A stretch of 64,000 nt of DNA from a virus (IMGVR_UViG_3300032249_001164:15540-79539), one strand, 5' to 3'. Counted from the stretch's first letter, positions 27,417 through 36,901 are shown. Notes: generated from the letters alone by a model not told the origin. Numbers and translations are program-made.

Positions 27417-27816
27417 CGTTTGATTTCTGCTGATGAAGTTGAATTTTACCATTGATCTCGGTTTTATCGCCAGCACAGCCAAGATTGGTGGCCTTGCGTT
27501 CGGCGTTCCAAGCGGCCCGCTCTGACCTGGCGGTGCAGGAGGCCCAGGCGGCAGCGTTGTTGATGGTGTCGGACAGTTCGGCGGCTGCACCGCCTGCAAG
27601 TCGCTGCTCCAGTAGACCCCCAGCCTGGCTCATCCGATCAGCGCTTTTTAGATCCCGGCCACCCCAGGCTCTGCGTCGCGTCTCCAGTCGCTGAAGTACA
27701 GCGATTAAAAAACGATCCCTAGTTGCATCCAAATCGATTACCACACCTAAGTGTGCAATGTGAACAAAGCCTAGTTCCTGTTGTAGCCGCTTAAACCAGT
27801 AGGGCTGTTCAGTCAT
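27379..27816 (-). CDS. Hypothetical protein
   Basis: 145-aa ORF in a co-oriented run. Confidence 0.5.
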   Translation of the reverse strand: MTEQPYWFKRLQQELGFVHIAHLGVVIDLDATRDRFLIAVLQRLETRRRAWGGRDLKSADRMSQAGGLLEQRLAGGAAAELSDTINNAAAWASCTARSERAAWNAERKATNLGCAGDKTEINGKIQLHQQKSNDGATCAHCFPRI

Positions 27817-27856
27817 TGCAAGATTGTGAGTAAGTGGGGATTAGTAATCTGTAGCT

Positions 27857-28585
27857 TTACGGCGCCAGTCTCGCCTTAGCCCAGCGGTGCTGGTGATACC
27901 AGGCGGCGATTTCAGGAGCCCAACTTTGCAGGTGGGGCCACATCAAATCGCAGAGATAGCGAATTTCATCCTGGGCATCGAGCTTGACCCGCAGGTCGAG
28001 GAAGTGCAGGAAGGCCCGCAGGCTGAAGCTCACCACGAAGTGTTGGCGGTAATCGAATGGCAGGCAACCACGAGCCTGCTCGAATGGTTCACCGTTGGCT
28101 ACTCGGCAGGCGTAGTGCTCAGCGGCAGCGTGGCAGCGCCTAATATCCTCCTCGCGGAGTTCAAATGTGTAATCGTAAACGCTTCCGTTGTTCGGGTCGC
28201 GGTATTGCCCCACGGGGCGCAGGTAAAACACTTCCTCTAGCGGTAATTCCCAGTTAGCGGCACGCACGATACGTAAGCCTGTGAATCGTGCACTCTGAAC
28301 ATCGAAGCTAGTCCCGATCCGATGAGTTCGGGCTTGCTGTATGACTGAATGGGGAAACCAGCCTACATTGAGCACGATCTGGCCGTGCTCCAGGGGGCCG
28401 TAATGGCCGCGATCGCCCGCCAGTAGGCGCTTGATGCAGATCTCGCCAGCGCGGCTTTCCTCGGGCCAGTTGGCGCGGTCGTCCACCACGTAGCCCTCGC
28501 TGTAGTCCTGGTGCATCGCCGCGTAGATGACCTGCTGGGGGTTGGGGGTGGCGGCGATCAAGTCAACTCGAAAAAGTGGGTCCAT
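27857..28585 (-). CDS. thyX: Flavin-dependent thymidylate synthase
   Basis: 'GHYGPLEH', 'QARTHRIGTSFDVQSARFT', 'SLRAFLHFLDLR...AQDEIR'; cyanobacterial-type N-terminus MDPLFRVDLIAATPNPQQ. Confidence 0.95.
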   Translation of the reverse strand: MDPLFRVDLIAATPNPQQVIYAAMHQDYSEGYVVDDRANWPEESRAGEICIKRLLAGDRGHYGPLEHGQIVLNVGWFPHSVIQQARTHRIGTSFDVQSARFTGLRIVRAANWELPLEEVFYLRPVGQYRDPNNGSVYDYTFELREEDIRRCHAAAEHYACRVANGEPFEQARGCLPFDYRQHFVVSFSLRAFLHFLDLRVKLDAQDEIRYLCDLMWPHLQSWAPEIAAWYHQHRWAKARLAP

Positions 28586-28589
28586 GGAA

Positions 28590-29033
28590 TTAGTGCCAGA
28601 GAATTGATATTGCGCCGCAGATCCCCAGGGCAACTAGCACCCTGACCACTGCAGCTTGCTGCCATGAACGGTCAGCTCGTAGCGCAGCGATTGCCGCATT
28701 GCGATTAGCGAGATCTTCCTCCGCCCGATCTAGTCGGTCAGCTAGCTGCAGGCCAAGCGCTACTGCCGTGTCTCGCTCGCTGCGCAGGCGGGCATGGTGC
28801 GACGGAAGGGGGTGGTTCCTTCCCTGCTCAAACGCTTTGCATGCGACATAGGTAAACGCAGCTTCGTCGGGACGCTTGCAACCTCTGCTTTCTCTATATG
28901 CCTCTTGAACCCAGTCGGCGACAAGGCCCCTCAGGGCCTCACCCATCTCCAGATCGCAAGCCCCCCCGCACTCGGCAATCTGCAAGGGCCCAAGGAGGGG
29001 GTGGTCGTCGGGATTTGTTTCCGGGGTTGGCAT
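28590..29033 (-). CDS. Hypothetical protein with C-terminal coiled coil and TM helix
   Basis: Start moved to ATG 29033 because the track's TTG start is part of a -35 box. Confidence 0.55.
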   Translation of the reverse strand: MPTPETNPDDHPLLGPLQIAECGGACDLEMGEALRGLVADWVQEAYRESRGCKRPDEAAFTYVACKAFEQGRNHPLPSHHARLRSERDTAVALGLQLADRLDRAEEDLANRNAAIAALRADRSWQQAAVVRVLVALGICGAISILWH

Positions 29034-29061
29034 GTCGATAGCTAATTGGTTAACAGCAGGT

Positions 29062-29134
29062 ATTTTACTGGCAAGGCTGGAATCTGTCAAGAAACGTGAG
29101 CCCCTTGACAGCCGGCCAGCTTAAGAGATAAAGT
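29062..29134. promoter_or_regulatory. Back-to-back sigma70-type promoters
   Basis: Minus strand TTGACA-17-TAAAAT (29090 to 29062); plus strand TTGACA-18-TAAAGT (29105 to 29134), at the strand switch. Confidence 0.7.
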
Positions 29135-29157
29135 GGTGAAGCCGTTATTAGTAATTT

Positions 29158-29799
29158 ATGGATTTTGATACAGCGTTCTCCTCCCAGCCGTTGCGCCGAG
29201 ACATCCTCAGTAAAGCCTCTGGCCAGTGGCCACACCTTTTGCGAACCTTGGGCGGCCTTCAGGAACATTACCTAAGCGGCGCTCACCAGCCATGTCCGTG
29301 CTGCCATGGAGATGATCGTTATCGCTGGATCACGGATGATGGCCCAGGTGGCTGGTTTTGTACGCATTGCGCAGGCAAGGATCAGAGGGGTGGCGGAGGC
29401 AGCGGTATTGATCTTTTAATGCGTTTACGCAACTGGTCTTTCCGGCAAGCAATTAAACAGGTTAAACTCTATTACGATGGACTGCCGTTTCAGCCTACCG
29501 TTAAACAAGTGGCTCCACTCCCAAAGCCATCAACTGCTGGCCTCAAGCACTCTGAACTTGAGCGGTTTTTATTGCTAGAGCTTGCTGGTCAATTAACTGA
29601 TAACGAGTTTTTTTCGCCAGCAGGGGCGAGGCAGCGAATTTACTCTAGGCGCTGGGCTGCCTACGCATCAGTAAACTACGACCAAGCCAGATCAGCTGTT
29701 TTGCAGTTTGAGACGGAGCGTGGTATTGTGGATGAGCTGGAGGTGTGGCCAGGCAGCTCCATTCCAGCGGTCCGACAGATTTTCGCTATCAATCCATGA
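29158..29799 (+). CDS. Primase-type zinc-binding-domain protein (P4 alpha-like Zn ribbon)
   Basis: 'GQWPHLL...HQPCPCCHGDDRYRW..D.GPGGWFCTHC...GSGIDLLM...WSFRQA'. Confidence 0.8.
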   Translation: MDFDTAFSSQPLRRDILSKASGQWPHLLRTLGGLQEHYLSGAHQPCPCCHGDDRYRWITDDGPGGWFCTHCAGKDQRGGGGSGIDLLMRLRNWSFRQAIKQVKLYYDGLPFQPTVKQVAPLPKPSTAGLKHSELERFLLLELAGQLTDNEFFSPAGARQRIYSRRWAAYASVNYDQARSAVLQFETERGIVDELEVWPGSSIPAVRQIFAINP

Positions 29800-30056
29800 A
29801 ACGCGACCCGCTTTTACCATCGCCCGAAGTTTGCGACTGGCTATTAAACCAGGAGTGGTCAACGCCCGTAACTGTTCATATTGGCAGCGACCATTGCAAA
29901 AGCGAAATCTATGACTGCTGCGAGGCTCGCGCAGCTGTCGGAGCTGACGAGTGTATTGACCTGCATCTGCCGGCATTCGGCTTGCAGCTCCTTCGCGATG
30001 ATGCGGTAGCTCGCAAAGCTGGTGAATATGAAATAGGGGAAAACTTTGCCAGGTAG
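29796..30056 (+). CDS. Hypothetical protein
   Basis: ATGA overlap with the upstream gene. Confidence 0.5.
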   Translation: MKRDPLLPSPEVCDWLLNQEWSTPVTVHIGSDHCKSEIYDCCEARAAVGADECIDLHLPAFGLQLLRDDAVARKAGEYEIGENFAR

Positions 30057-30154
30057 GCCGACTCGACTGACCAAGAGCAGTAATTGGTGATAGACATCAG
30101 CGAAGTAATTAGATTCTCCAACGTTTCTGCACCTATCTCCATCGCTAAATTTGC

Positions 30155-30376
30155 ATGAACAGGGAAGGCATCGGTAAAGCGATTTTTGCGATTGGTATCG
30201 CGCTGTGGCTAGGATTAGCTATCGTACTTATTACAGCACCAGGACCTCGGAATTGCACGCGAACCGGAACTACCCGCTCGGTCGCGTCATCTATAATTCC
30301 TGGAACAACCGTTATGCCGTATACATATCAGCAGTCGATATACAAGTGTTCAGCAAAGGAGGGCGCTGGTGATTGA
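30155..30376 (+). CDS. Small membrane protein
   Basis: N-terminal hydrophobic helix. Confidence 0.5.
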   Translation: MNREGIGKAIFAIGIALWLGLAIVLITAPGPRNCTRTGTTRSVASSIIPGTTVMPYTYQQSIYKCSAKEGAGD

Positions 30377-30824
30377 GCCAGATTTTTTGGCGTCTCTTCG
30401 CCAGTGCCAGAGAGCTGAAATGGTCTTGGTTATGGTTCAGCTTGAACAGCTCATCCCTGGCTGGTGGGAATCTGTAAATGATTTAGCGTTGCAGCTGGGA
30501 ACTGATCGCGCTACATTGAACCGCAGCCTTCGCCATCTCAGGGAACGAGATTTAATCCGCTACTACAGTATTTCAAACAAAAGCGGTACCTGGGTCTGGT
30601 GGGTTAAACGTCACGCAACTGACGTACCCAAGCCAACGGATGAGCCAGGTTGGGATCTTGCAACCACGCCCAGCACGGGTAAAACCAGAATCCCCATCAG
30701 CAAAAGAAGGGAATGGGCAAGGGCTAGGGGCATCTCAATGTCAACCCTATGTGGTTTTTTGTACGGCAGGCAAAAAATACTGAAAGGTAGGTGGCGGCTG
30801 CTAAGGAGCCCCATTGACATATAA
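30369..30824 (+). CDS. Winged-helix DNA-binding protein
   Basis: 'SVNDLALQLGTDRATLNRSLRHLRERDLI' HTH. Confidence 0.7.
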   Translation: MIEPDFLASLRQCQRAEMVLVMVQLEQLIPGWWESVNDLALQLGTDRATLNRSLRHLRERDLIRYYSISNKSGTWVWWVKRHATDVPKPTDEPGWDLATTPSTGKTRIPISKRREWARARGISMSTLCGFLYGRQKILKGRWRLLRSPIDI

Positions 30825-30896
30825 GTAGCGTACAAGTAGGTGTGACCATTTCCCTGGCGCTACGGAAATGGTCGTCACGGCGTCAACCGCAGTACC

Positions 30897-31457
30897 ATGG
30901 AAGCAGCCAGCGAGCCAGTCACCATGCCCGCCCTTGTAGGCCCCAAGAAAACGCCCCACGATTTTGGCTTTGGCCCCAAGGATTCCCATCTGGTGGTGAA
31001 TGACCAAGCCGAAACACTGACGGCTTACGACTTCAAGGGGGCCAAGCTGTTCACCATCCGCTGCCTGGCACGGGGGCAGGGCAAAGACAATGAATGGCAG
31101 TCACCCAACACCGACACCCCTCCGGGCCTCTATCAAGTGGGAACTGTGTGGCGTGATTACGACCGACTGGGGGACTGTCCGGCAGTCGTGCCACATGAAC
31201 TACTGCCCTATGGCTGGTATACGCTTGACCTGATCGAGCTAGAAACCCAGGAGCGCCGCTACGGGCGGGCCGGCATTGCCATCCACGGTGGCGGGTCGGC
31301 GCTGGGGCATCGCGGCTGCTGGCAGCCATATCAGGGTTTGCTGCCAACCCACGGCTGCGTAAGGGTCCATAACGCTGATGTGCGTGATAAAATTATGCCC
31401 TTGGTAGACAAGGGGAAGGTGTTTGTTTCTGTTTACCAGGAGGCAGGTTCCCTGTAA
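30897..31457 (+). CDS. YkuD-family L,D-transpeptidase-domain protein (candidate lysin)
   Basis: 'DTPPGLY', 'IAIHGGG', 'THGCVRVHN' catalytic His/Cys motif. Confidence 0.85.
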   Translation: MEAASEPVTMPALVGPKKTPHDFGFGPKDSHLVVNDQAETLTAYDFKGAKLFTIRCLARGQGKDNEWQSPNTDTPPGLYQVGTVWRDYDRLGDCPAVVPHELLPYGWYTLDLIELETQERRYGRAGIAIHGGGSALGHRGCWQPYQGLLPTHGCVRVHNADVRDKIMPLVDKGKVFVSVYQEAGSL

Positions 31458-31464
31458 AAAATAG

Positions 31465-31716
31465 TCACTCCCTGGGCCTCTCCAGCTTGGTAACAATGGT
31501 GTTGATGTGATCGACACGCACAGCGGGGAGTTCCCCGTCCGTTGGGCAGTACAGCTGTTCGCTTTGGTCCGCCAGCGCTTTTAGTACAGCAGCAGCACCA
31601 GCGCGGCAATCTGCGCATGTGACCGTGCAAGGGCGTGAAGTGTAGCCGCAAAGAAGGAACAAGAAAGTGTTGCATATTGCGCGGGCTAAGTTGTCAGCGG
31701 ATTCAGCGTCGATCAT
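31465..31716 (-). CDS. Hypothetical protein
   Basis: Coupled ORF. Confidence 0.45.
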   Translation of the reverse strand: MIDAESADNLARAICNTFLFLLCGYTSRPCTVTCADCRAGAAAVLKALADQSEQLYCPTDGELPAVRVDHINTIVTKLERPRE

Positions 31717-31928
31717 TCGATGATGGTTTGAGTGTCCAGGGAAAATCTAACAGATTTGACAATTTTTTCCCATGAGGCGTCATCCTTGATCCATTTGGGG
31801 CGACGTAGGTAGGCCAATGGGCTAACGCAATGCTCTGAGTGTCCCCAGATCGCCAAACTGCCGTTAATAGCTTCCACGCTGTAACTATTTGGGATGAAGG
31901 CTCGTAGGGTGTTTGGTTGTTCGGTCAT
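31713..31928 (-). CDS. Hypothetical protein
   Basis: Coupled ORF. Confidence 0.5.
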   Translation of the reverse strand: MTEQPNTLRAFIPNSYSVEAINGSLAIWGHSEHCVSPLAYLRRPKWIKDDASWEKIVKSVRFSLDTQTIIE

Positions 31929-31985
31929 GACATAGTTGCAGAAAGAATCACAGGAAGGATTACGGCAAGACGTACTTACGGTTTG

Positions 31986-32843
31986 TCACGATCCCTCCCC
32001 CACATCCCCCACCTCCGGCACAGGCGAGGCGGCGGGGTGGCCCCAGCGGGCGAGGGCGGCGCGGGCAAAAGCTCGGAAGGCTTCGATCTGCCACCGCGTT
32101 GATCCTGTTTTGCTGTATAAGTTCCACGCCAGCTCGTCTAATTCCTCATCGCTCGGCCCCTCTTCCACCGGCTCAGTCGCCAGGACGGCGCGGGCGGGGA
32201 AAGCGACCATCAATGCTATCTGGCAGGCCGCCGTGACGGCTTCCATCCCTTGGCTGGCATCAATCGCTGACCAGCCATTGGCAGACCACAGCTGGCAGTA
32301 GCCCTGTACAACTCGATCCAGGAAAGTCCCGCCGACCGATTCGATGCGATCAGCAAGGCGATGGCCCCGACGCCGCAGCGAATCGGTCAGAGGTAGGTTT
32401 AACTAAAGGGTGAGATCGGGCTCCAGCCCAGAGGTGGCCATTTGATTGAGCTGCTTGATCAGCGCCAGGTCGAGTCCACGGCCATAGCCCTGGTAGGCCA
32501 TCGTCGAGCCGGTGTAGCGGTCACACAGCACCCAGTTGCCCGCTGCTAAGGCAGGCTCGATGATCTGTGCCGTGAGCTGGCTAATGTCGGCGGCATAGAG
32601 CATTAGCCCGGCGATGGGGCATGGCTCGGCACCGCTCGGAGGATGCAGTAGCAGCCCCCGCAAGGCCTGGCCCAGGACCGTGCCGCCCGGTGCTCGGGTG
32701 GTGATCAACCTGGCACCCTGGGGCATTAGGCCGCTGGTGGGCAACCAGTCAACCAGGGCCTGCAGCTGGGTGGTCTTGCCGGAGCCATCGACACCCTCTA
32801 GGGCAATGAAGCGCCCACGGGGTAAAGGTGTGGTGAGTGTCAT
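31986..32843 (-). pseudogene. tmk: Thymidylate kinase with one in-frame TAG (32403-32405) and a C-terminal extension
   Basis: 'FIALEGVDGSGKTTQ', 'TRAPGGT', 'LCDRYTGSTMAYQGYGRG', 'PDLTL*LNLP...ADRIE...FLDRVVQGY...IDASQ'; the frame continues after the TAG into track ORF 31986..32246. Confidence 0.88.
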
Positions 32844-33268
32844 GAATAATAAAAAACGGGGGAACTGGTTTTTGGTTGTTGGGGCATCGGCCCATTAGCG
32901 GCCTTTAGTGCAGATTTAGCTAGGTCAAGTTGCTCATGCAAAATGGCATGGCGTCGTCGCGTTCGCGCTGCAAAACTTTCCCACGCCTCTTCTCTTGTCG
33001 GATAAGCAAGGCGTTTCCTGCCAGACGCAAGAACGAATTTAGGTTTTGGGAAGAGCGCTCCGATTCGAGTTACCCAGCCGCCTGCTGGCGTCACCTTTTT
33101 TACCGTAAACTCAGTCAGGATCAGTTCAATGACGGGAAAAACAGGACTAGCGCGTTTCTCGTCAAAACTGTAATTGTCTTCAAGTTTCCTGAAAGCATCA
33201 AACCGATACAGGATTTGTCCAACTACAAACGATTCTTTTTTAGTGTCTTTAGCGTCGAATTGAAACAT
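32840..33268 (-). CDS. Hypothetical protein
   Basis: 142 aa; ATGA-coupled to tmk. Confidence 0.6.
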   Translation of the reverse strand: MFQFDAKDTKKESFVVGQILYRFDAFRKLEDNYSFDEKRASPVFPVIELILTEFTVKKVTPAGGWVTRIGALFPKPKFVLASGRKRLAYPTREEAWESFAARTRRRHAILHEQLDLAKSALKAANGPMPQQPKTSSPVFYYS

Positions 33269-33371
33269 GTCGAGGTGATGGCGAGGGTCGGGAGGGTGGT
33301 AACTGCGATTACGATTGCATAAACCAGCAGCCAGGAAAATCCAATTGCCAGCAGGCTGTTGATCACTGTTT

Positions 33372-35018
33372 TCAAGCCCTCGCCAGCGTTACGCTCTCGA
33401 TCTGACCCTGGTACTTACCTGACCGATCCTCGTAGCTAGTGCCGCATGGCTCACCACTGAAGAACAGAGCCTGTACGATTCCTTCGTTGGCATAAATTCG
33501 TACATCGGCATCGCTACTATTGCTGAACTCCAGTGTTAAATGGCCATGCCACGAGTTACCTGTCCATGAAACCCTGCCTCGATGGCGCATTAAGAAAACG
33601 TGTGACGGCACCGTTAAGTCGTACACAAAGCCAGAGTACGGAATTTCTTCACAGTTTTCGGGTGAAATCCTTGACGGACTCGGATTGCGAGAGGAAAAGC
33701 GACAAACGTGGCTGGCAAATGTTTTTCCGTTAATGGTGCTTTCTTTTGCCCAGCATGTGGCGTAGTCTCCAATCTTGAGGCATATCTCCTGAAAGTCGTC
33801 AACCAACTGCTTGCTAACGCTGACATAGGTAGAGGTTTGGATATTTCCGTCAGAATGCATCATGCCCTCGCGGATCAAGGCGAGTTGATCAGCTGGAAGA
33901 TTGATATACTCCCTGGGAATGCGCTTATTGCGAGCGCCCCTGAATTGCATTAAGTAAAGGCAAGTTGCCTTGTGGTGAAATGCAAAACCGTACCCTGTCT
34001 CACTAAAGTTGACACCAAGAGATTGCAGGACTTCCTTGAAATAGGCTCGTTTGCGCTCTTTCGTGACAACAGCGAGCTTGATGACGTAGTTGCCGCCTGA
34101 TTGCACATAGGTCGAGCCATCCCCCAGCCAGCACCCCAAGAATCTGAGCCATGCATTTGTCGGATATTCGCGCTCACCAATGGTCACAGTATTGCCAATC
34201 CTGGAGCCAAGCCAGTCAACATCCCGAGACAGGTAGAGATTGTGCTTGCCAAATACTGTCTGAGCCTCAACACGCTCAAACGGGTAGGCCATTGACGCCT
34301 TGCGACGGACGCCTGCAACTCGTCCAGGTGCATAGCCCGCCTCGGCCTCAATCCGCCGCTTGGAGATCGCTGCCCACATCATGTGGCCCGGAGTTACAAC
34401 CTGCGAAACCACTTTGCTCTGAAATGAGAGCATTTTGCCATTAAAGTGATAGCGGTGGAAATCTTGCACCGGCTGGTAGACGGCTTTCGTGTTATCCAGA
34501 CACATAACCTCCTCGCCAGTGAGAACTTCTGAAATTAACTTCCATCCAGTTCTGCAGAGGACTTCGGTATCTTCAGAGAGACACGCTTCACCCGGAGTTA
34601 GATTAGCAATTACCCCGCACCTAGCGTATGTACTTTTTCCAATGAAGAGAGCTGTAATATTAGGTGGTATTCTTAGGTGTTCTAGCGCTACGCCTAACCC
34701 GTAACTATGGTGCGGCAAGACGAAAAACTTTCCCCACCTGTCTTCCTGGAGTTCTACTGGCTGCAGGTTGATTTCACTGAATGCTTTTGGGTTGACCACC
34801 GTACCAGGTACGTGCCTGAAAACCAAAAACTCTTTTGGAGATAAGCGCAAGTCATAGCCGTAGCTACTGGCGCCGTAGCTAATGGCGGGTATCACAAGCT
34901 GACTGGCACCGTCTAGCGTTTCGCCGTGCTCAATACGACGAATCAGTTTAGGCACGAAGGGCGTAATCATGCCCTTTTCTGCCAGTAGCTTAATGGCTGT
35001 GTCGTTAAGGATGGTCAC
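33372..35018 (-). CDS. dcd: dCTP deaminase containing an intein
   Basis: 'ISYGASSYGYDLRL', 'GKSTYARCG..NLTPGEA|SWHGHLTLEFSN...YANEGIVQ..F...Y..RSGKYQGQ'; about 205-aa extein. Confidence 0.93.
   Translation of the reverse strand: MTILNDTAIKLLAEKGMITPFVPKLIRRIEHGETLDGASQLVIPAISYGASSYGYDLRLSPKEFLVFRHVPGTVVNPKAFSEINLQPVELQEDRWGKFFVLPHHSYGLGVALEHLRIPPNITALFIGKSTYARCGVIANLTPGEACLSEDTEVLCRTGWKLISEVLTGEEVMCLDNTKAVYQPVQDFHRYHFNGKMLSFQSKVVSQVVTPGHMMWAAISKRRIEAEAGYAPGRVAGVRRKASMAYPFERVEAQTVFGKHNLYLSRDVDWLGSRIGNTVTIGEREYPTNAWLRFLGCWLGDGSTYVQSGGNYVIKLAVVTKERKRAYFKEVLQSLGVNFSETGYGFAFHHKATCLYLMQFRGARNKRIPREYINLPADQLALIREGMMHSDGNIQTSTYVSVSKQLVDDFQEICLKIGDYATCWAKESTINGKTFASHVCRFSSRNPSPSRISPENCEEIPYSGFVYDLTVPSHVFLMRHRGRVSWTGNSWHGHLTLEFSNSSDADVRIYANEGIVQALFFSGEPCGTSYEDRSGKYQGQIESVTLARA
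33555..34583 (-). mobile_element. Intein (343 aa) with LAGLIDADG homing endonuclease
   Basis: Block A CLSEDTEVL, block B VTPGH, LAGLIDADG-like FLGCWLGDGS and GMMHSDG, block F VYDLTV, C-terminal WTGN followed by Ser+1. Confidence 0.92.
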
Positions 35019-35470
35019 TTTGTTTTTGGGGGTTGTGGAAGAATGGGCAGTATTCCATCAGCGACTAAGGCTTGACGAATTAGTTCGCTAATGGTTGTGT
35101 GACGGGATTTTGCGGCATTGCAAAGGCGCTTGCGCTCATTTGTGTTGACACTTATTACAACACGTAGCGACCTTTTGGTGCCCCGTTCATCTGTTTTTTG
35201 CTTTTCCTGCAAGTCTTGTTGTTTGAGGAGTAGATAGCGGAGGAAAGAGGTTGTTCTAGGCTTGACTGGGGCATGGCTTTTGTTATTTGAGTTTTGTGTA
35301 GTTTGGTTGATGTGTTCGCATGGTGGGCCGAACCATGCCTCATCCTTTTCCCTGGTTCGCCAGACGTGGCCACAGGATCTACAGCATCGACGGCGAACTA
35401 TGCTTTCAAAAGTGTCGTGCCTGCTTTCTTTGACGCAGATCGACACACTTCCGCATTCAGGGCAAAGCAT
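35015..35470 (-). CDS. NrdR-like Zn-ribbon protein with C-terminal ribbon-helix-helix-like segment
   Basis: 'MLCPECG..ICVKESR...IVRRRCCRSCGHVWRTRE' matches the NrdR N-domain; C-term 'VVISVNTNERKRL..AAK..TTISELIRQAL'; coupled to dcd. Confidence 0.7.
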   Translation of the reverse strand: MLCPECGSVSICVKESRHDTFESIVRRRCCRSCGHVWRTREKDEAWFGPPCEHINQTTQNSNNKSHAPVKPRTTSFLRYLLLKQQDLQEKQKTDERGTKRSLRVVISVNTNERKRLCNAAKSRHTTISELIRQALVADGILPILPQPPKTK

Positions 35471-35511
35471 TATTCAGGGGGTACATGGTCAATTAGTGCT
35501 TACGGGAGTTG

Positions 35512-36003
35512 TCACATCAATGGCTGATTGCTTCCTGAATTTTTAAATCGGAATCTTGATAGCTTTAGGTGATCTGGTATTGGTATGATGACTTCCATGT
35601 CACGCAGGGCGTCATTAGTAGTACGCCTTAGTTCCACAATGTCTTCGTGAGTCCAGGTTGCCCCGGAGAGACCCTGTACTGACAGGATTTCGGAGAGAAT
35701 CTGCAGCTGCTTACGGGTGAACATTGTTGTTTCTTGGTGGGTTGGAGTAGTTTTCGTCTTCAGCTGGGCCAGAGTTGCCAGCAATGTGTCTACCTTTGCA
35801 TTGTGCTCATCGGCACCACAGTCGCATTCATAGCCCTTTTGCTCATTACTGGAGCCGCCATCAGCCTTGGGACAGGTATACCAGCTGTCTTCGCAGCAAT
35901 AATGGTTGCGGCGAGCAAGTGTGGCTATTTCAGCGCAGAGCTGTTCGAGGTTGTTCATGGATAGAAAGGGCTTCTGTCTTGATTGGCTAGCCAGTTCCAC
36001 CAC
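35512..36003 (-). CDS. Hypothetical protein (Cys/His-rich N-terminus)
   Basis: 'HYCCEDSWYTCP...CDCGADEHN'. Confidence 0.55.
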   Translation of the reverse strand: MVELASQSRQKPFLSMNNLEQLCAEIATLARRNHYCCEDSWYTCPKADGGSSNEQKGYECDCGADEHNAKVDTLLATLAQLKTKTTPTHQETTMFTRKQLQILSEILSVQGLSGATWTHEDIVELRRTTNDALRDMEVIIPIPDHLKLSRFRFKNSGSNQPLM

Positions 36004-36191
36004 TCACCCATCGTGTTGATAAATGCAAACATTCCAGGTTTGTCGTGATCATGGGCAATGATCTCGTTCGTTAGCGGGTGAACGGAAGTCAAGCGCTTTT
36101 GGTTGCTCCAGTAAAAGCGACCAATGTGGCCGCCGTCACAGCCAATAGCCATCAATTCGGCTGGGGCGAAAGGTTTATCAAGGCAAGACAT
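35955..36191 (-). CDS. Hypothetical protein
   Basis: ORF in a co-oriented run. Confidence 0.5.
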   Translation of the reverse strand: MSCLDKPFAPAELMAIGCDGGHIGRFYWSNQKRLTSVHPLTNEIIAHDHDKPGMFAFINTMGEWWNWLANQDRSPFYP

Positions 36192-36325
36192 GGATTACTT
36201 ATTTTTGTTGGAAGAGAGGATCAAGATGGTCATGACGCAGAGGCAAGTAAGTAAAGTAATTACCACGAATGCGTTAAAAACTTTTTCAGCCGCTAGGAGC
36301 CAAAAGGTAATTGATAGCGGATCTA

Positions 36326-36901
36326 TCATTGCGTCTTCTCGGCGTGTCGGCTTTCAACTTGCTTGAGCAGCAGCGCCATCCTGTCAAGGGTTTCTTTTCG
36401 TTGCCAGTAATTAACGGTAGTGTGGCTCATGGTACCCAGCCACGCCCTAAGCACGTCAACCATGACACAAAAATCCACAGCATCTATGGTAACTGGAAGT
36501 GAATTCGGAAGAAGTGGTGCCGAGATGGGTAACGGGGAGCTTGAGCCAACAGAAACACCATCCACGTGATCAACTGTGTTTGCTTTTTTGACTTGCTCAG
36601 GGGTGAACGTCTCCCTGGCTTCAACAAGGTGAAAGATGCGTTTTTTGTATTTCCTCAGCATCAGAACAATTTTCTTTGCTTCTTCAAGTGTGTCAAATCT
36701 TTGTGTGATCTCCCCGCCTCTGATGTTTTCTGACTTATGAATAGCAAACCTAACTCTCAGTAAATCTGTGTCAAAATATTCTTCAATGCGATAGTCGGGT
36801 TCTACACTGGCCTCGGGCTCCGAAAGGTGGCAGGGCTGGATCTCTGGGGAAGGCTTGTCTTGCGGAAGTGGCAGTTCGCCGAATGAAAGCTTTTGAGACA
36901 T
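36326..36901 (-). CDS. Hypothetical protein
   Basis: Start moved to ATG 36901; the track's TTG start lies in the upstream -35 box. Confidence 0.55.
   Translation of the reverse strand: MSQKLSFGELPLPQDKPSPEIQPCHLSEPEASVEPDYRIEEYFDTDLLRVRFAIHKSENIRGGEITQRFDTLEEAKKIVLMLRKYKKRIFHLVEARETFTPEQVKKANTVDHVDGVSVGSSSPLPISAPLLPNSLPVTIDAVDFCVMVDVLRAWLGTMSHTTVNYWQRKETLDRMALLLKQVESRHAEKTQ

Noticed and set aside
27285-27599. 104-aa ORF as given in the track
   Set aside because: The Pro-rich N-terminal part overlaps the upstream gene; the meaningful frame starts at ATG 27416 (nblA-like)
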